Numbered from the stretch's first letter, positions 8,420 to 17,544 are shown. The stretch is 64,000 nucleotides of DNA from Patescibacteria group bacterium (GCA_041661385.1 JBAZUP010000001.1:704907-768906); one strand, 5' to 3'. Numbers and translations: made by a program. Notes: generated by a model from the letters alone, not told the origin.

Positions 8420-9310
8420 ATGAATAACAAGGTTCAGCGAATAATTATTATTTTATTCATTATCGGCGTAGCCGCCCTAATTTTATATTGGCCAAAAAAA
8501 GTTGCCAAATTACCTAGGACAGGCGGTCCGGTTGTTACAACTTCGTTTTATCCAATATTTTTCTTAACTAAAGAAATCATGGGTAGCCGCGGCAGTGTTT
8601 ATAATATTACTCCGGCCGGTGCAGAGCCTCATGATTATGAACTTACCACCAAAGATCGAATGATGCTTGAGAATAGCGATTTGCTTGTTATAAACGGTGG
8701 CAATTTTGAACCGTGGGGCAAAGGCATAGAGGCGCTATTGCCTAAAGTTAAAGTGTTGCGCGCGGGTCAGCAGCTGATGATTGAAAACGATCCTCATGTT
8801 TGGCTTGATCCAATAATGCTCGCGATGGAAGCCGAATCGATAACAGAAATGTTGAAAATTGTTGATCCGGCTGGAACAGAAGTTTATTCAGTTAATTTTG
8901 CGAAACTCCTGAAGCAAATATATTTAATGGATGAATCGTTTAGGAGCGGTCTTAGCCTTTGTGAAAAAAAAGATATTGTCACTGCTCACGCCGCTTTCGC
9001 TTATCTGGCGCGGCGTTATGGGTTTAATCAAATTTCTATTGCCGGACTTTCGCCCGATGCCGAACCAAGTCCGCAGACACTTGCGGAAGTTACAAAATTT
9101 GCCAAAGCAAATGGGATAAAGTATATTTTCTTTGAGAAGCTAGTCAGTCCGAAACTAGCCGAAACAGTAGCGCGGGAGGTGGGCGCGCAAACGCTGGTTT
9201 TGAATCCCTTAGAGGGGCTAAGCGAAAGCGAACTTTCTGCCGGAAATAATTTTTTTACGGAAATGAAAAATAATCTGAATAATTTAAAAACTGCCCTGGT
9301 ATGCCAGTAA
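8420..9310 (+). CDS. znuA: metal (Zn/Mn) ABC transporter substrate-binding protein, ZnuA/TroA family
   Basis: TroA-like cluster A-I SBP motifs (AEPHDYELT, NG...EPW, DPHVWLDP). The ORF track begins at 8216 but overlaps the upstream gene; the ATG at 8420 (MNNKVQR plus signal-like TM) is the likely start. Confidence 0.75.
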   Translation: MNNKVQRIIIILFIIGVAALILYWPKKVAKLPRTGGPVVTTSFYPIFFLTKEIMGSRGSVYNITPAGAEPHDYELTTKDRMMLENSDLLVINGGNFEPWGKGIEALLPKVKVLRAGQQLMIENDPHVWLDPIMLAMEAESITEMLKIVDPAGTEVYSVNFAKLLKQIYLMDESFRSGLSLCEKKDIVTAHAAFAYLARRYGFNQISIAGLSPDAEPSPQTLAEVTKFAKANGIKYIFFEKLVSPKLAETVAREVGAQTLVLNPLEGLSESELSAGNNFFTEMKNNLNNLKTALVCQ

Positions 9311-10062
9311 ATCATCACAAAAATATTATTGAAATAAAAAACCTCTCTTTCGCTTATAGTGGTGAGTTGGTGTTAAAAAATATTTCCTTAAATATTCATG
9401 AGGGTGATTATTTGGGCATCATTGGACCAAATGGCAGCGGCAAATCGACTTTGTTAAAATTAATGCTTGGCTTGCTTAAACCCTCGGCGGGTGAGGTTAA
9501 CTTGTTTGGAAAGCCGGTATCAGAATTTAAAGATTGGTATAAGCTTGGGTATGTTTCGCAAAAGGCGGTAAATTTTGATCCTTTATTTCCGGTAACAGTT
9601 TGGGAGGTGGTCGCCATGGGCCGTCTTGGTCGGCGTGGTCTAGGAAAAAATCTAAGCGATGTGGATGATAAGGCAATTGATAAAGCACTTGTGGAGGTTG
9701 GCATGACTGAATTTCGTGATCGTTTAATTGGCGATTTATCTGGCGGACAACAACAACGGGTTTTTATCGCTCGGGCGCTCGCGGCAGAACCAGCGGTAAT
9801 ATTTTTAGATGAACCGACAACCGGAATTGATGTTGAAACTCAAGAACAGTTTTATTCATTGCTTACGAAATTAAACCGGGAGCGCGACCTCACACTGGTG
9901 CTTATTTCGCACGATATTGATGTCATTGCTCACGAAGCAACCGAGCTCGCCTGTATTAACCAAACGCTTGTTTACCATGGCGAACCCAAGGAATTTGTAA
10001 AAGCAGATTATCTGGAAATGCTTTATGGAAAAAACATTCGTCAAATTTTACATGGTCATTAA
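9301..10062 (+). CDS. znuC: metal ABC transporter ATP-binding protein
   Basis: Walker A GPNGSGKST, signature LSGGQQQRVFIARAL, and Walker B FLDEPTTGID. Confidence 0.85.
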   Translation: MPVNHHKNIIEIKNLSFAYSGELVLKNISLNIHEGDYLGIIGPNGSGKSTLLKLMLGLLKPSAGEVNLFGKPVSEFKDWYKLGYVSQKAVNFDPLFPVTVWEVVAMGRLGRRGLGKNLSDVDDKAIDKALVEVGMTEFRDRLIGDLSGGQQQRVFIARALAAEPAVIFLDEPTTGIDVETQEQFYSLLTKLNRERDLTLVLISHDIDVIAHEATELACINQTLVYHGEPKEFVKADYLEMLYGKNIRQILHGH

Positions 10063-10064
10063 AT

Positions 10065-10883
10065 ATGTTTGAAATTTTTCAATATACATTTGTCGTGAGA
10101 GGACTTGTTGCCGGTCTTATCATCGGTGTGATAGCGCCACTCGTCGGAATTTTTTTGGTACTTCGCCGCTATTCTCTTATTGCCGATACTTTAGCTCATG
10201 TTTCGCTTGCTGGCGTCGCGATTGGTCTTTTGACCGGTTTGAATCCGCTTCTCACCGCGCTCGGCGCTTCGGCCCTGTCTTCACTTGCGATTGAAAGACT
10301 TCGCAATAGTAAAAAGATTTATGGTGAAACAGCGCTTTCAATATTTTTATCAGGTTCTCTAGCGCTTGCGGTAGTTCTAATTGGTCTGTCGCATGGTTTT
10401 AATGTTGATTTGTTTAGTTATTTATTCGGCAGTATTCTTACCGTTCGGCCTCAAGATATTTTTATCATGATTTTGCTTGCTCTAATAATTGGAATTTTAT
10501 TTATTTTATTTTTTAGAGAACTAATTTATTTGTCTTTTGATGAAGACTCGGCCAAAGTCAGTGGTATCCCGGCCTCAATTTTTAATTCCGCCTTTATTCT
10601 ACTTTCTGCCGCAACCATCGCTATCAGCATTCCCATTATTGGCGTGTTGCTTATTTCGGCGTTGTTAGTTTTGCCGGTTATTACCGCACTGCAGTTTAGA
10701 CGCAGTTTTGCTTATACGCTTTTGTACGCGGAAATTATTTCTTTATCTTCAATCATGGTTGGTATTATCGGGTCGTTTTATTTAAATATTCCGTCTGGCG
10801 GTTTTATTGTTCTAGTAATGCTCGCGATATTTATTGTTACATTTCTCATCAAGAAACCGAAATCACGGTTAATGTCCTGGTAA
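10065..10883 (+). CDS. znuB: metal ABC transporter permease (ZnuB family)
   Basis: 272 aa polytopic membrane protein of typical ABC-3 permease length and hydropathy, in znuA-C-B synteny. Confidence 0.75.
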   Translation: MFEIFQYTFVVRGLVAGLIIGVIAPLVGIFLVLRRYSLIADTLAHVSLAGVAIGLLTGLNPLLTALGASALSSLAIERLRNSKKIYGETALSIFLSGSLALAVVLIGLSHGFNVDLFSYLFGSILTVRPQDIFIMILLALIIGILFILFFRELIYLSFDEDSAKVSGIPASIFNSAFILLSAATIAISIPIIGVLLISALLVLPVITALQFRRSFAYTLLYAEIISLSSIMVGIIGSFYLNIPSGGFIVLVMLAIFIVTFLIKKPKSRLMSW

Positions 10884-10886
10884 ATC

Positions 10887-11318
10887 ATGAAAAATAAATC
10901 GCTAGAAATAATTAAACTTCTTCGGGAGCGCGGGGAAAGGATAACTCCCGCTCGTCGTAAAATTGTCGAAATTTTTTTTGATGCTAAGAAACCCCTTACA
11001 GCCGCTGAGTTGGCTTTGAATTTAAAAAAAGCTCGGGTGAAATCTGACAAGACCACGGTCTATCGTCAAATTGAAGATTTGGTTATTCACGGAATATTAG
11101 AGGAAGTGCGGTTTGAAGACCGGGTCAAGCGTTATGAATTATCACTAGGTTGGCACCATCATCATTTGGTTTGTGTGAGTTGTGGCAAGGTGGCAGATGT
11201 TGAACTCGCGGAAGATCTTGGCAAGCAAAAAAATATTATTTTTAAAAAATATAAATTTCAGGTTCTGCGCCATTCGCTGGAATTTTTCGGCCAGTGCCGG
11301 TCTTGCAGTAAAAAATAA
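10887..11318 (+). CDS. zur: Fur family transcriptional regulator, probably Zur
   Basis: 143 aa; N-terminal winged helix, then H.HHH and LVCVSCGKV...C..C metal-binding motifs. Last gene of the znu operon. Confidence 0.75.
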   Translation: MKNKSLEIIKLLRERGERITPARRKIVEIFFDAKKPLTAAELALNLKKARVKSDKTTVYRQIEDLVIHGILEEVRFEDRVKRYELSLGWHHHHLVCVSCGKVADVELAEDLGKQKNIIFKKYKFQVLRHSLEFFGQCRSCSKK

Positions 11319-11329
11319 TATAAATGAAA

Positions 11330-11365
11330 GAGCGGCGACCAGTGGTCGCCGCTCGTTTAATTTTT
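11330..11365. terminator. bidirectional terminator between convergent zur and the aroE-like gene
   Basis: gagcggcgacc-agt-ggtcgccgctc (11-bp stem) with T-rich flanks. Confidence 0.6.
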
Positions 11366-11366
11366 A

Positions 11367-12812
11367 CTATTTTCGGTTTGCAGCCTCCTTCATCGTTTCG
11401 GCCAGTTCTTGTTTAGTAACTCCTTTTTCAATTAGTTCTTTGCTGTGGAGTAGCCAAAAGGCTTCCACGCCTTGGTTTACTACCATCGGTACGCCGTCCA
11501 GGGTTTCGAAGCCAAGCTCGGCGGCCTTTTTGAGGAAGGGAGTGCCTTCCTTGGTGAGCACAATATCGCTCACGACCGCTTTTTTGGGTATGAACTCGAA
11601 CAGGCGCGCCGCGTTTAGGTAATTTTCGGCAAGGTTTTCCGGTGTGGCCGGAAGTCTGGCCGGAGCCAGAGCGCTGTATTCGGCCATTTCACCGGCTGCT
11701 CCCTTGGTGGAAACGTTTATTACCGCATCGGCCGATGTGATCTCGCTAGCGGTCATAAGTTCGCCTCCAAACGAGGCTATTTCCGCGCCGATGTAGCGGT
11801 TGATCCTGGTGGCAAGTTCCTCGGCTTTTTTTTCTGTCCGGTTCAGAATGGTGATTTTCATGCCTTTCTCTGCGAGGGCAAAAGCCACGGCGTTGCCGGT
11901 TCCGCCCGCACCGAGCAGTACGGCTTTTTTGCCGCGAATATCTTCACCCTGAGCCGCAAAGCGTTCGGCCAGGCTCTCTGCGTAGCCGAGACCATCGGTG
12001 TTATAGCCGCGCAGCTTGCCTTCTGGTGTCTTCAGAATGAAGTTAATTGCGCCGATTGCCTCAGCCGCCGGATCAAGTTCAAGGTGCTTTGACGCCTCGT
12101 CCTTGAAGCCGACTCCGGCTCCACCACCCAAATACTTCGGGTCATTTTCAAGAACCGTAAGTATTTCTTTGGCGTGAGTCGGGTCACCAACCAGCATGAT
12201 GTTCCCGGTTTTGAGGCCGAATTTACGGTAAGCCGCATTCCACATCACCGGAGTTTTTGCCGGGTAGTCGTGTTCGATGAGTGGCAGGGTGTAGTGGTCA
12301 AAATCGAGAGAGCTAGGATTGTCAGCCGGAAGTTTCGCGATTTTCATCGCACCGCTTTCAAGTAACTCACCCGCACCTTTGATTTTTTCCGTAAATTCGA
12401 AGTTCATAATCGTAACCATGTCAGCCTCCGTTAGTTTGCGTCCATAGACCTTTTCAAGTTTTGCGATTACTTCGGGCGAGGTGGCGCCGTCTAGCGCCGC
12501 TCCCGCGAGATCGTCCGCTTGAAGGTCGGAGACGATTTTTTTCTGAATATTTTTCACCAAAACTTTTTTGGTGGCATCCTGAAAAGTGTTATCAGGATTT
12601 TGGACCTTTAATTCAATGAACGTACCCGCTTGGTAACCAAGTTTTGGGTCGCTAGTGCGTTCGGTGCGGTCTCCAAGTCGGATGGTCGCATTGACATCGC
12701 AGTTTTCTATAACGTCGATCAGGTGTTTTACTTCCGAATCGCTAGCACCCTTGAACCAGATTTCATTCGCGAGTTTTATCGCGTGATGCTCTCGGCTATT
12801 TTCTTTTTCCAT
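11367..12812 (-). CDS. aroE: shikimate/quinate 5-dehydrogenase (AroE)-like protein with a roughly 160-aa N-terminal extension of unknown function
   Basis: C-terminal 320 aa carry the AroE motifs (V.WNAAYRKFGL, NTDGLGY, KKAVLLGAGGTGNAVAFAL..G..I.ILNRT, VNQGVEAF.LL). The N-terminal 160 aa have no recognisable motif. Confidence 0.55.
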   Translation of the reverse strand: MEKENSREHHAIKLANEIWFKGASDSEVKHLIDVIENCDVNATIRLGDRTERTSDPKLGYQAGTFIELKVQNPDNTFQDATKKVLVKNIQKKIVSDLQADDLAGAALDGATSPEVIAKLEKVYGRKLTEADMVTIMNFEFTEKIKGAGELLESGAMKIAKLPADNPSSLDFDHYTLPLIEHDYPAKTPVMWNAAYRKFGLKTGNIMLVGDPTHAKEILTVLENDPKYLGGGAGVGFKDEASKHLELDPAAEAIGAINFILKTPEGKLRGYNTDGLGYAESLAERFAAQGEDIRGKKAVLLGAGGTGNAVAFALAEKGMKITILNRTEKKAEELATRINRYIGAEIASFGGELMTASEITSADAVINVSTKGAAGEMAEYSALAPARLPATPENLAENYLNAARLFEFIPKKAVVSDIVLTKEGTPFLKKAAELGFETLDGVPMVVNQGVEAFWLLHSKELIEKGVTKQELAETMKEAANRK

Positions 12813-12813
12813 A

Positions 12814-13434
12814 TTATTTCTCCGAAACTTTTTTGCCGAGCGAACCGCCCGGATGTATTTTGGCGAAATGCCTTTTTTGAAAACCCTTTATTTCATGGAG
12901 GGTGTTCGCAATGGCATCGGAAAGAGCAAGGGCCGCGATAACGCTGGTGGTCGGAGCCAGGTTAAAGGTGGTGCAGATAGTGCACGCCTCTTCCTTGACC
13001 CCGGTTTCAAGTGCTACGTCGGCTTTTTTAGCTATACTAGATTTATTATTCCCGGTGATGGCAATAATTTTAATATTAAGGTGGGAAAGGGAATTTACAA
13101 AAGCGATCATTTCTGTGGATTCACCACTGTGTGAATATACAATCACGACGTCTTCGTGAGTGATCATTCCAAGGTCGCCATGCAGCGCCTCAACCGGGTG
13201 GACAAACACACAAAAAGTGCCGGTAGAAGAAAGTGTTGCCGCTAGTTTTCTTGCGACAATTCCCGATTTTCCGATACCAGAAACCACGACTTTTCCTTTC
13301 GAATTTTTAAGTAATTTCAGGGCGGCAATGAATGCCTCGTTATCAAGATTATTTGATAATGCCATGATAGCTTCGGCCTCATTTTTTAGTACATGCCTGC
13401 CAATGGCCGCAAATCGTTCAAACTCTTTTGTCAT
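12814..13434 (-). CDS. SIS-domain sugar-phosphate isomerase (GmhA/KpsF N-terminal domain-like)
   Basis: 206 aa, SIS motifs GKVVVSGIGKSGIVARKLAATLSSTG...VVIVYSHSGESTE. Confidence 0.6.
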   Translation of the reverse strand: MTKEFERFAAIGRHVLKNEAEAIMALSNNLDNEAFIAALKLLKNSKGKVVVSGIGKSGIVARKLAATLSSTGTFCVFVHPVEALHGDLGMITHEDVVIVYSHSGESTEMIAFVNSLSHLNIKIIAITGNNKSSIAKKADVALETGVKEEACTICTTFNLAPTTSVIAALALSDAIANTLHEIKGFQKRHFAKIHPGGSLGKKVSEK

Positions 13435-13535
13435 ATTATGAACTCTAGCACAAAAATTAATACTAATCCAGCTCTTAGGTTAGCAAGTGTATATACCAAA
13501 AAATACCTAAGGATGTTACATAAAGGGTGCGGGAT

Positions 13536-13564
13536 TTGACTAAATATAAGCAATAAGATAATAT
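13536..13564 (+). promoter_or_regulatory. sigma70-like promoter for the ilv leader
   Basis: TTGACT-17 nt-TAATAT; the predicted TSS is a few nt before the leader-peptide ATG, so the leader is nearly leaderless. Confidence 0.5.
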
Positions 13565-13574
13565 TAATTTCAAT

Positions 13575-13634
13575 ATGAAACATTTTATCAACAGCATTAT
13601 CATTATTATTAGCGCCTACCCTCGGGCAGCCTAA
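13575..13634 (+). CDS. Ile-rich leader peptide (MKHFINSIIIIISAYPRAA)
   Basis: 19-codon ORF with five consecutive Ile codons (att atc att att att), seven Ile in total, immediately upstream of the terminator hairpin that precedes ilvA. Confidence 0.6.
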   Translation: MKHFINSIIIIISAYPRAA

Positions 13635-13674
13635 CTTGTTGTTGAAAGTTAGCCGCCCACGAGGGCGGTTTTTT
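13575..13674 (+). promoter_or_regulatory. transcription attenuator (leader peptide plus alternative antiterminator and terminator) controlling ilvA-ridA
   Basis: Terminator ccgccc-acga-gggcgg plus TTTTTT (13653-13674) lies 22 nt before the ilvA ATG. Leader segment ccctcg (13618-13623) is complementary to cgaggg, which overlaps the terminator loop and 3' arm, giving a candidate antiterminator. Confidence 0.55.
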
Positions 13675-13695
13675 AAATAATAAAAATATATTTTT

Positions 13696-14964
13696 ATGAG
13701 CACATCAACCGAACAAAAAAATACCGTTAGTTTGAGAATGATTGAAGAAGCCTCATTACGGCTTGCTGGTGTGGTACAAAGAACACCGCTTCAGCTTTCC
13801 AAACGTCTTTCCGAGCGTTATGGTGCAACCGTTTATTTGAAGCGTGAAGATTTACAGGAAGTACGTTCGTTCAAGATCCGTGGCGCCTACAATAAAATCA
13901 GTTCGTTAACGGATAGTGAAAAAACGCGCGGTGTGGTTTGCGCGAGCGCCGGCAATCATGCACAGGGCGTCGCTTATAGTTGTGCGACTTTAAAAATAAA
14001 TGGCGTAATATTTATGCCGGCCGTAACTCCTAATCAAAAAATTGAAAAAGTTCGTCAGTTTGGAAAATCTTTTGTCGAAGTTAAACTCGTCGGCAATACC
14101 TTTGATGAAGCCTCGGCTGAAGCGCAGAAATATTGTACTGAGAAAAATGCGGTGTTTGTTCATCCATTCAATGACCCGCTCACTATTGCCGGACAAGGAA
14201 CAATCGCAGAGGAGATTGATCAAAAATTAAATGGCGAATTGGATTATTTACTCGCGCCCATCGGCGGCGGCGGGTTGGTTTCCGGCTTAACAGCGTATTA
14301 TAAAGAGAAAAATAATCCGGTAAAAATTATTGGCTGCGAACCAAGCGGCGCGGCGACCATGCATACGGCGCTAAGCAATGGCAAAGTAGTTACTCTCGAC
14401 CAAATTGATACCTTTGTCGATGGTTGCGCGGTAAAAACGGTCGGCGATAAAACATTTAATATTTGTGAACAGTATTTAGACCGCGTAGTGGTAGTTCCGG
14501 AAGGAAAAATTTGCACTACCATGATTGAGCTTTATCAAAATGACGGCATTGTCGCGGAACCGTCCGGCGCTCTGCCGATTTCAGTGTTGGATGAAGTGTC
14601 GGAGGAAATAAAAGGCAAGGTAGTCGTTTGTGTTCTAAGCGGCGGAAATAATGATATTCTTCGTTACCCGGAAATAATGGAGCGGAGTTTGGTTTATCAG
14701 GGCCGCAAACATTATTTTATTATTGAGTTTGCGCAAAAGCCCGGTCAGCTTCGCGACTTCTTAAATCAGGCGCTTGGACCAACCGACGACATCTCCCGCT
14801 TCGAATATATAAAGAAGACCAACAAGGAAAAAGGCCCGGCGTTAATCGGTATTGAACTGAAAGATAAAAAAGATTATGAACCATTGCTCGAAAGAATGCG
14901 GGATATTGAATTAAATTTCAAAGTGATAAATAGCAATGACATGCTTTATCAATATTTAATTTAA
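13696..14964 (+). CDS. ilvA: threonine ammonia-lyase, biosynthetic (threonine dehydratase with C-terminal regulatory domain)
   Basis: PLP site RSFKIRGAYN, G-rich loop PIGGGGL, 422 aa with a C-terminal ACT-like regulatory domain. Confidence 0.85.
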   Translation: MSTSTEQKNTVSLRMIEEASLRLAGVVQRTPLQLSKRLSERYGATVYLKREDLQEVRSFKIRGAYNKISSLTDSEKTRGVVCASAGNHAQGVAYSCATLKINGVIFMPAVTPNQKIEKVRQFGKSFVEVKLVGNTFDEASAEAQKYCTEKNAVFVHPFNDPLTIAGQGTIAEEIDQKLNGELDYLLAPIGGGGLVSGLTAYYKEKNNPVKIIGCEPSGAATMHTALSNGKVVTLDQIDTFVDGCAVKTVGDKTFNICEQYLDRVVVVPEGKICTTMIELYQNDGIVAEPSGALPISVLDEVSEEIKGKVVVCVLSGGNNDILRYPEIMERSLVYQGRKHYFIIEFAQKPGQLRDFLNQALGPTDDISRFEYIKKTNKEKGPALIGIELKDKKDYEPLLERMRDIELNFKVINSNDMLYQYLI

Positions 14965-14967
14965 AAT

Positions 14968-15345
14968 ATGTTTGAAATTATTCAAACCGATAATGCGCCC
15001 AAGGCGGTCGGCCCATATTCACAAGCTGTAGTGAGTGGAGGTTTTGTTTTTTGTTCAGGTCAGATTGGCCTTGAGCCAAAAAGCGGTAATTTGGCAGACG
15101 GGGTAGAGGCTCAAACCAAACAAGTTTTGCAAAATATTGATGCTGTACTTGCGGAAGCTGAGGTAGAAATAAATCAGGTTGTAAAAACAACTATTTATCT
15201 AAAAAACATCAGTGATTTTGCTGTCGTTAATGAAATTTACGGTAAATTTTTCGGCGACCACCGCCCGGCTCGTTCGACAGTAGAAGTTTCAAATTTGCCC
15301 AAAGGGGCACTCGTAGAGATTGAGGTGATAGCTTCACAGAATTAA
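14968..15345 (+). CDS. ridA: RidA family reactive enamine/imine deaminase
   Basis: 125 aa YjgF/RidA fold signature (APKAVGPYSQAV..G..F.SGQIG..P..G...D.V..Q..Q.L.N..A.L..AG...VVK.T.YL). Pairs functionally with ilvA, whose enamine product it deaminates. Confidence 0.85.
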   Translation: MFEIIQTDNAPKAVGPYSQAVVSGGFVFCSGQIGLEPKSGNLADGVEAQTKQVLQNIDAVLAEAEVEINQVVKTTIYLKNISDFAVVNEIYGKFFGDHRPARSTVEVSNLPKGALVEIEVIASQN

Positions 15346-15381
15346 AAAACTCCATGTCAAACGCCGTGTTATTTATCATCA

Positions 15382-15576
15382 TTATTTTTTTGTGCTTATA
15401 CCGAGCAACTTGTAAATCGGACAAAATCCGGTTACCGCAACTGCTGTCATGATGACCGCTATCGCGTATAGCATGTAGCTAACCCATCCTGAAGTTTGAG
15501 CATAACCAGTATATGCGGCAACAAGCGCGACAATCAATCTGATGCTGCGATCTAAATTATTGGTATTTTTTTGCAT
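15382..15576 (-). CDS. small membrane protein, DUF2892/YgaP-like
   Basis: 64 aa; N-terminal basic region, two TM segments and a conserved Cys-Pro (GFCPIYKLLGIST), as in YgaP-type proteins. Confidence 0.5.
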   Translation of the reverse strand: MQKNTNNLDRSIRLIVALVAAYTGYAQTSGWVSYMLYAIAVIMTAVAVTGFCPIYKLLGISTKK

Positions 15577-15617
15577 AACAAAATTATTAATAATTAATAT
15601 TTTTTTTAAATAAATTT

Positions 15618-16895
15618 TTACAAAGCTGTTATCTTTAAATACTTAAAAATATCTTGAGTTGCAATTGCCCCCTCTGAACATGCAGTGACAATTTGCCGGA
15701 AGGAATTTGATCCGGTTGTAATATCGCCAGCCGCCCAAATCCCTTTCTTATTTGTGGTCTGGTCTGCCTTGGTTTTTATATAGCCTTTTTCATCTGTTTT
15801 CAGCTTGAGTTGGTTTATAAGAATCGGATCTGGTTCGGAACCTATTTCAACGAATAATCCGTCCAGAACAATTTTTGATATTTCATTACTTATATTTTTT
15901 ATCTCAATGCTTTCTAATTTTTGATCGCCTTGAATGCTGGTAATATCTGAGTTCAAAATCAGTTTGATTTTGAGGTTATTCTTTACCTGATCAATCCAAG
16001 CCGTTTCACCACGTAATTCTTCACCACGATAAATTTGATAAACATCCTTTGCAATGTCTGCCAAATAAAGAGCCGCCGTGCTAGCACTGTCACTGCCGCC
16101 AATAACCGCTACCGTCTTATTGGTATAAAATGCGGCGTCGCAAGTAGCACAGTAAGAAATACCCCTGCCAATTAGTTTACTTTCATTTTCAATATTCAAA
16201 TGTTTATGTTTGGTGCCAGTTGCGAGTAAAATAGTTTTGGTTAAAATAACTTCTTCGTTTGAAAGGACTAGTTCATAGCCTGCTCGTTTTTTAGAGATTT
16301 GAGTTACGCCGGTATTTTTGAATGGGGTTTGAAGTTGGTTAACATGGTCCCACATTTTCTTGGTTAGATCCATGCCGGATATTTCAATTTCAGAAGGGTA
16401 ATTGCAAATTTTATGTGAGGATGTCATGAGTCCGCCGGTAAGCTCGCCTACAAGTACATGGTCAATTTTATAACGCGAGGCGTACACTGCAGCAGTTAGG
16501 CCCGCGGGTCCGGTACCGATTATGCATAAATCATGAATTTCAGAAGTTGCCTTATTTTTTCTTATTTTTCTTGTAGGTGAAATTTTTTCTAAAATAGCAA
16601 CAAAGTCTGTTTCTGCTATTTCACCTGATAATCTGTTATTTTGAAGTTCTCCATTAATATAAAAGAGTAGGGTTGGTGAACCGCTTACTCCTAATGTTTG
16701 AGCTAGAGGTCGATTTTCCTGACGATGTATTTTAATAAATTGAAAGCCGGTATATTTAATCGCTAGGCGCTCAAAAATTGGCGCCAATTTTTCGCAAGGT
16801 GGGCAATCAGTTGAAAAAAAATCAACAACAACATATTTATTATTTTTAACTATGTCAAAAAAATCCGTTTCAGTTTTAATAACTTTAATTTCCAT
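15618..16895 (-). CDS. thioredoxin domain fused to a thioredoxin-reductase-like flavoprotein
   Basis: N-terminal Trx fold with CPPC (VVVDFFSTDCPPCEKLAPIFE). C-terminal FAD site IIGTGPAGLTAA and redox-active CATCD, the TrxB-type CxxC. The dinucleotide-binding motif is modified (VIGGSDSAST). Confidence 0.65.
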   Translation of the reverse strand: MEIKVIKTETDFFDIVKNNKYVVVDFFSTDCPPCEKLAPIFERLAIKYTGFQFIKIHRQENRPLAQTLGVSGSPTLLFYINGELQNNRLSGEIAETDFVAILEKISPTRKIRKNKATSEIHDLCIIGTGPAGLTAAVYASRYKIDHVLVGELTGGLMTSSHKICNYPSEIEISGMDLTKKMWDHVNQLQTPFKNTGVTQISKKRAGYELVLSNEEVILTKTILLATGTKHKHLNIENESKLIGRGISYCATCDAAFYTNKTVAVIGGSDSASTAALYLADIAKDVYQIYRGEELRGETAWIDQVKNNLKIKLILNSDITSIQGDQKLESIEIKNISNEISKIVLDGLFVEIGSEPDPILINQLKLKTDEKGYIKTKADQTTNKKGIWAAGDITTGSNSFRQIVTACSEGAIATQDIFKYLKITAL

Positions 16896-16898
16896 AAA

Positions 16899-17240
16899 CT
16901 ATTTAACTGATTTAACAGCTTCGTCTATTTCGCGGGCTAGTGTAGCTTTTGGGCGAAAGCCGATAAAGTCCTGAATAATCTTACCCTGATAAAATAATTT
17001 CATATTGGGAATGCTGGCGATTTGGTATTGAATAGCAAGCGGCATGTGTTCAGCTACCTCAGTATCTAGCTTGGCAATTTTTACTTTATCTTTTAATTCG
17101 TCTGATAGCTGGTCAAGAATCGGTGCCATCATTTGGCAGGGTCCGCACCAGGGTGCCCAAAAATCTACCAAAACAGGCAGGGTAGATTTTAATACCTCAG
17201 CTTCAAAAGTTTCGTGAGTTAGGTTTAATGCTTTAGCCAT
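16899..17240 (-). CDS. trxA: thioredoxin
   Basis: 113 aa with the canonical WCGPC active site (VDFWAPWCGPCQMMAPIL). Confidence 0.9.
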   Translation of the reverse strand: MAKALNLTHETFEAEVLKSTLPVLVDFWAPWCGPCQMMAPILDQLSDELKDKVKIAKLDTEVAEHMPLAIQYQIASIPNMKLFYQGKIIQDFIGFRPKATLAREIDEAVKSVK

Positions 17241-17241
17241 A

Positions 17242-17544
17242 TTATTTACATTTGCAAATTAATTTTTTTAAATCTTTAATGAATAAATTTTTGCTAAAAG
17301 AATAGCAGATTTTTTTGCCACTTCTTTTTGGTAGTAGTAATCCGGCCTTCGAAAGAGCTTGGAGATGGTGGGAGACTACCGCGATATGGAGTTTTAGTTC
17401 GCTGGCTATTTCTGAAACGCATATTTCCGGTTGGTTAAAAATTGCGCAAAGGATTTTTAATCGGTTGGCATCACCAACTAAAAGCAGTTGTTTTGCCAAA
17501 GTATCAAGCTGCTTGTTTTGTCTAATTGCGATTTTTGTAGTCAT
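17242..17544 (-). CDS. ArsR/SmtB family transcriptional regulator
   Basis: 100 aa winged-HTH (RLKILCAIF...ICVSEIASELKLHIAVVSHHLQALSKAGLL). Confidence 0.75.
   Translation of the reverse strand: MTTKIAIRQNKQLDTLAKQLLLVGDANRLKILCAIFNQPEICVSEIASELKLHIAVVSHHLQALSKAGLLLPKRSGKKICYSFSKNLFIKDLKKLICKCK

Noticed and set aside
12630-13441. Plus-strand ORFs of 85-103 aa antisense to the SIS-domain and aroE-like genes
   Set aside because: They lie entirely within stronger minus-strand CDSs with clear homology, and show no start signals or conservation.
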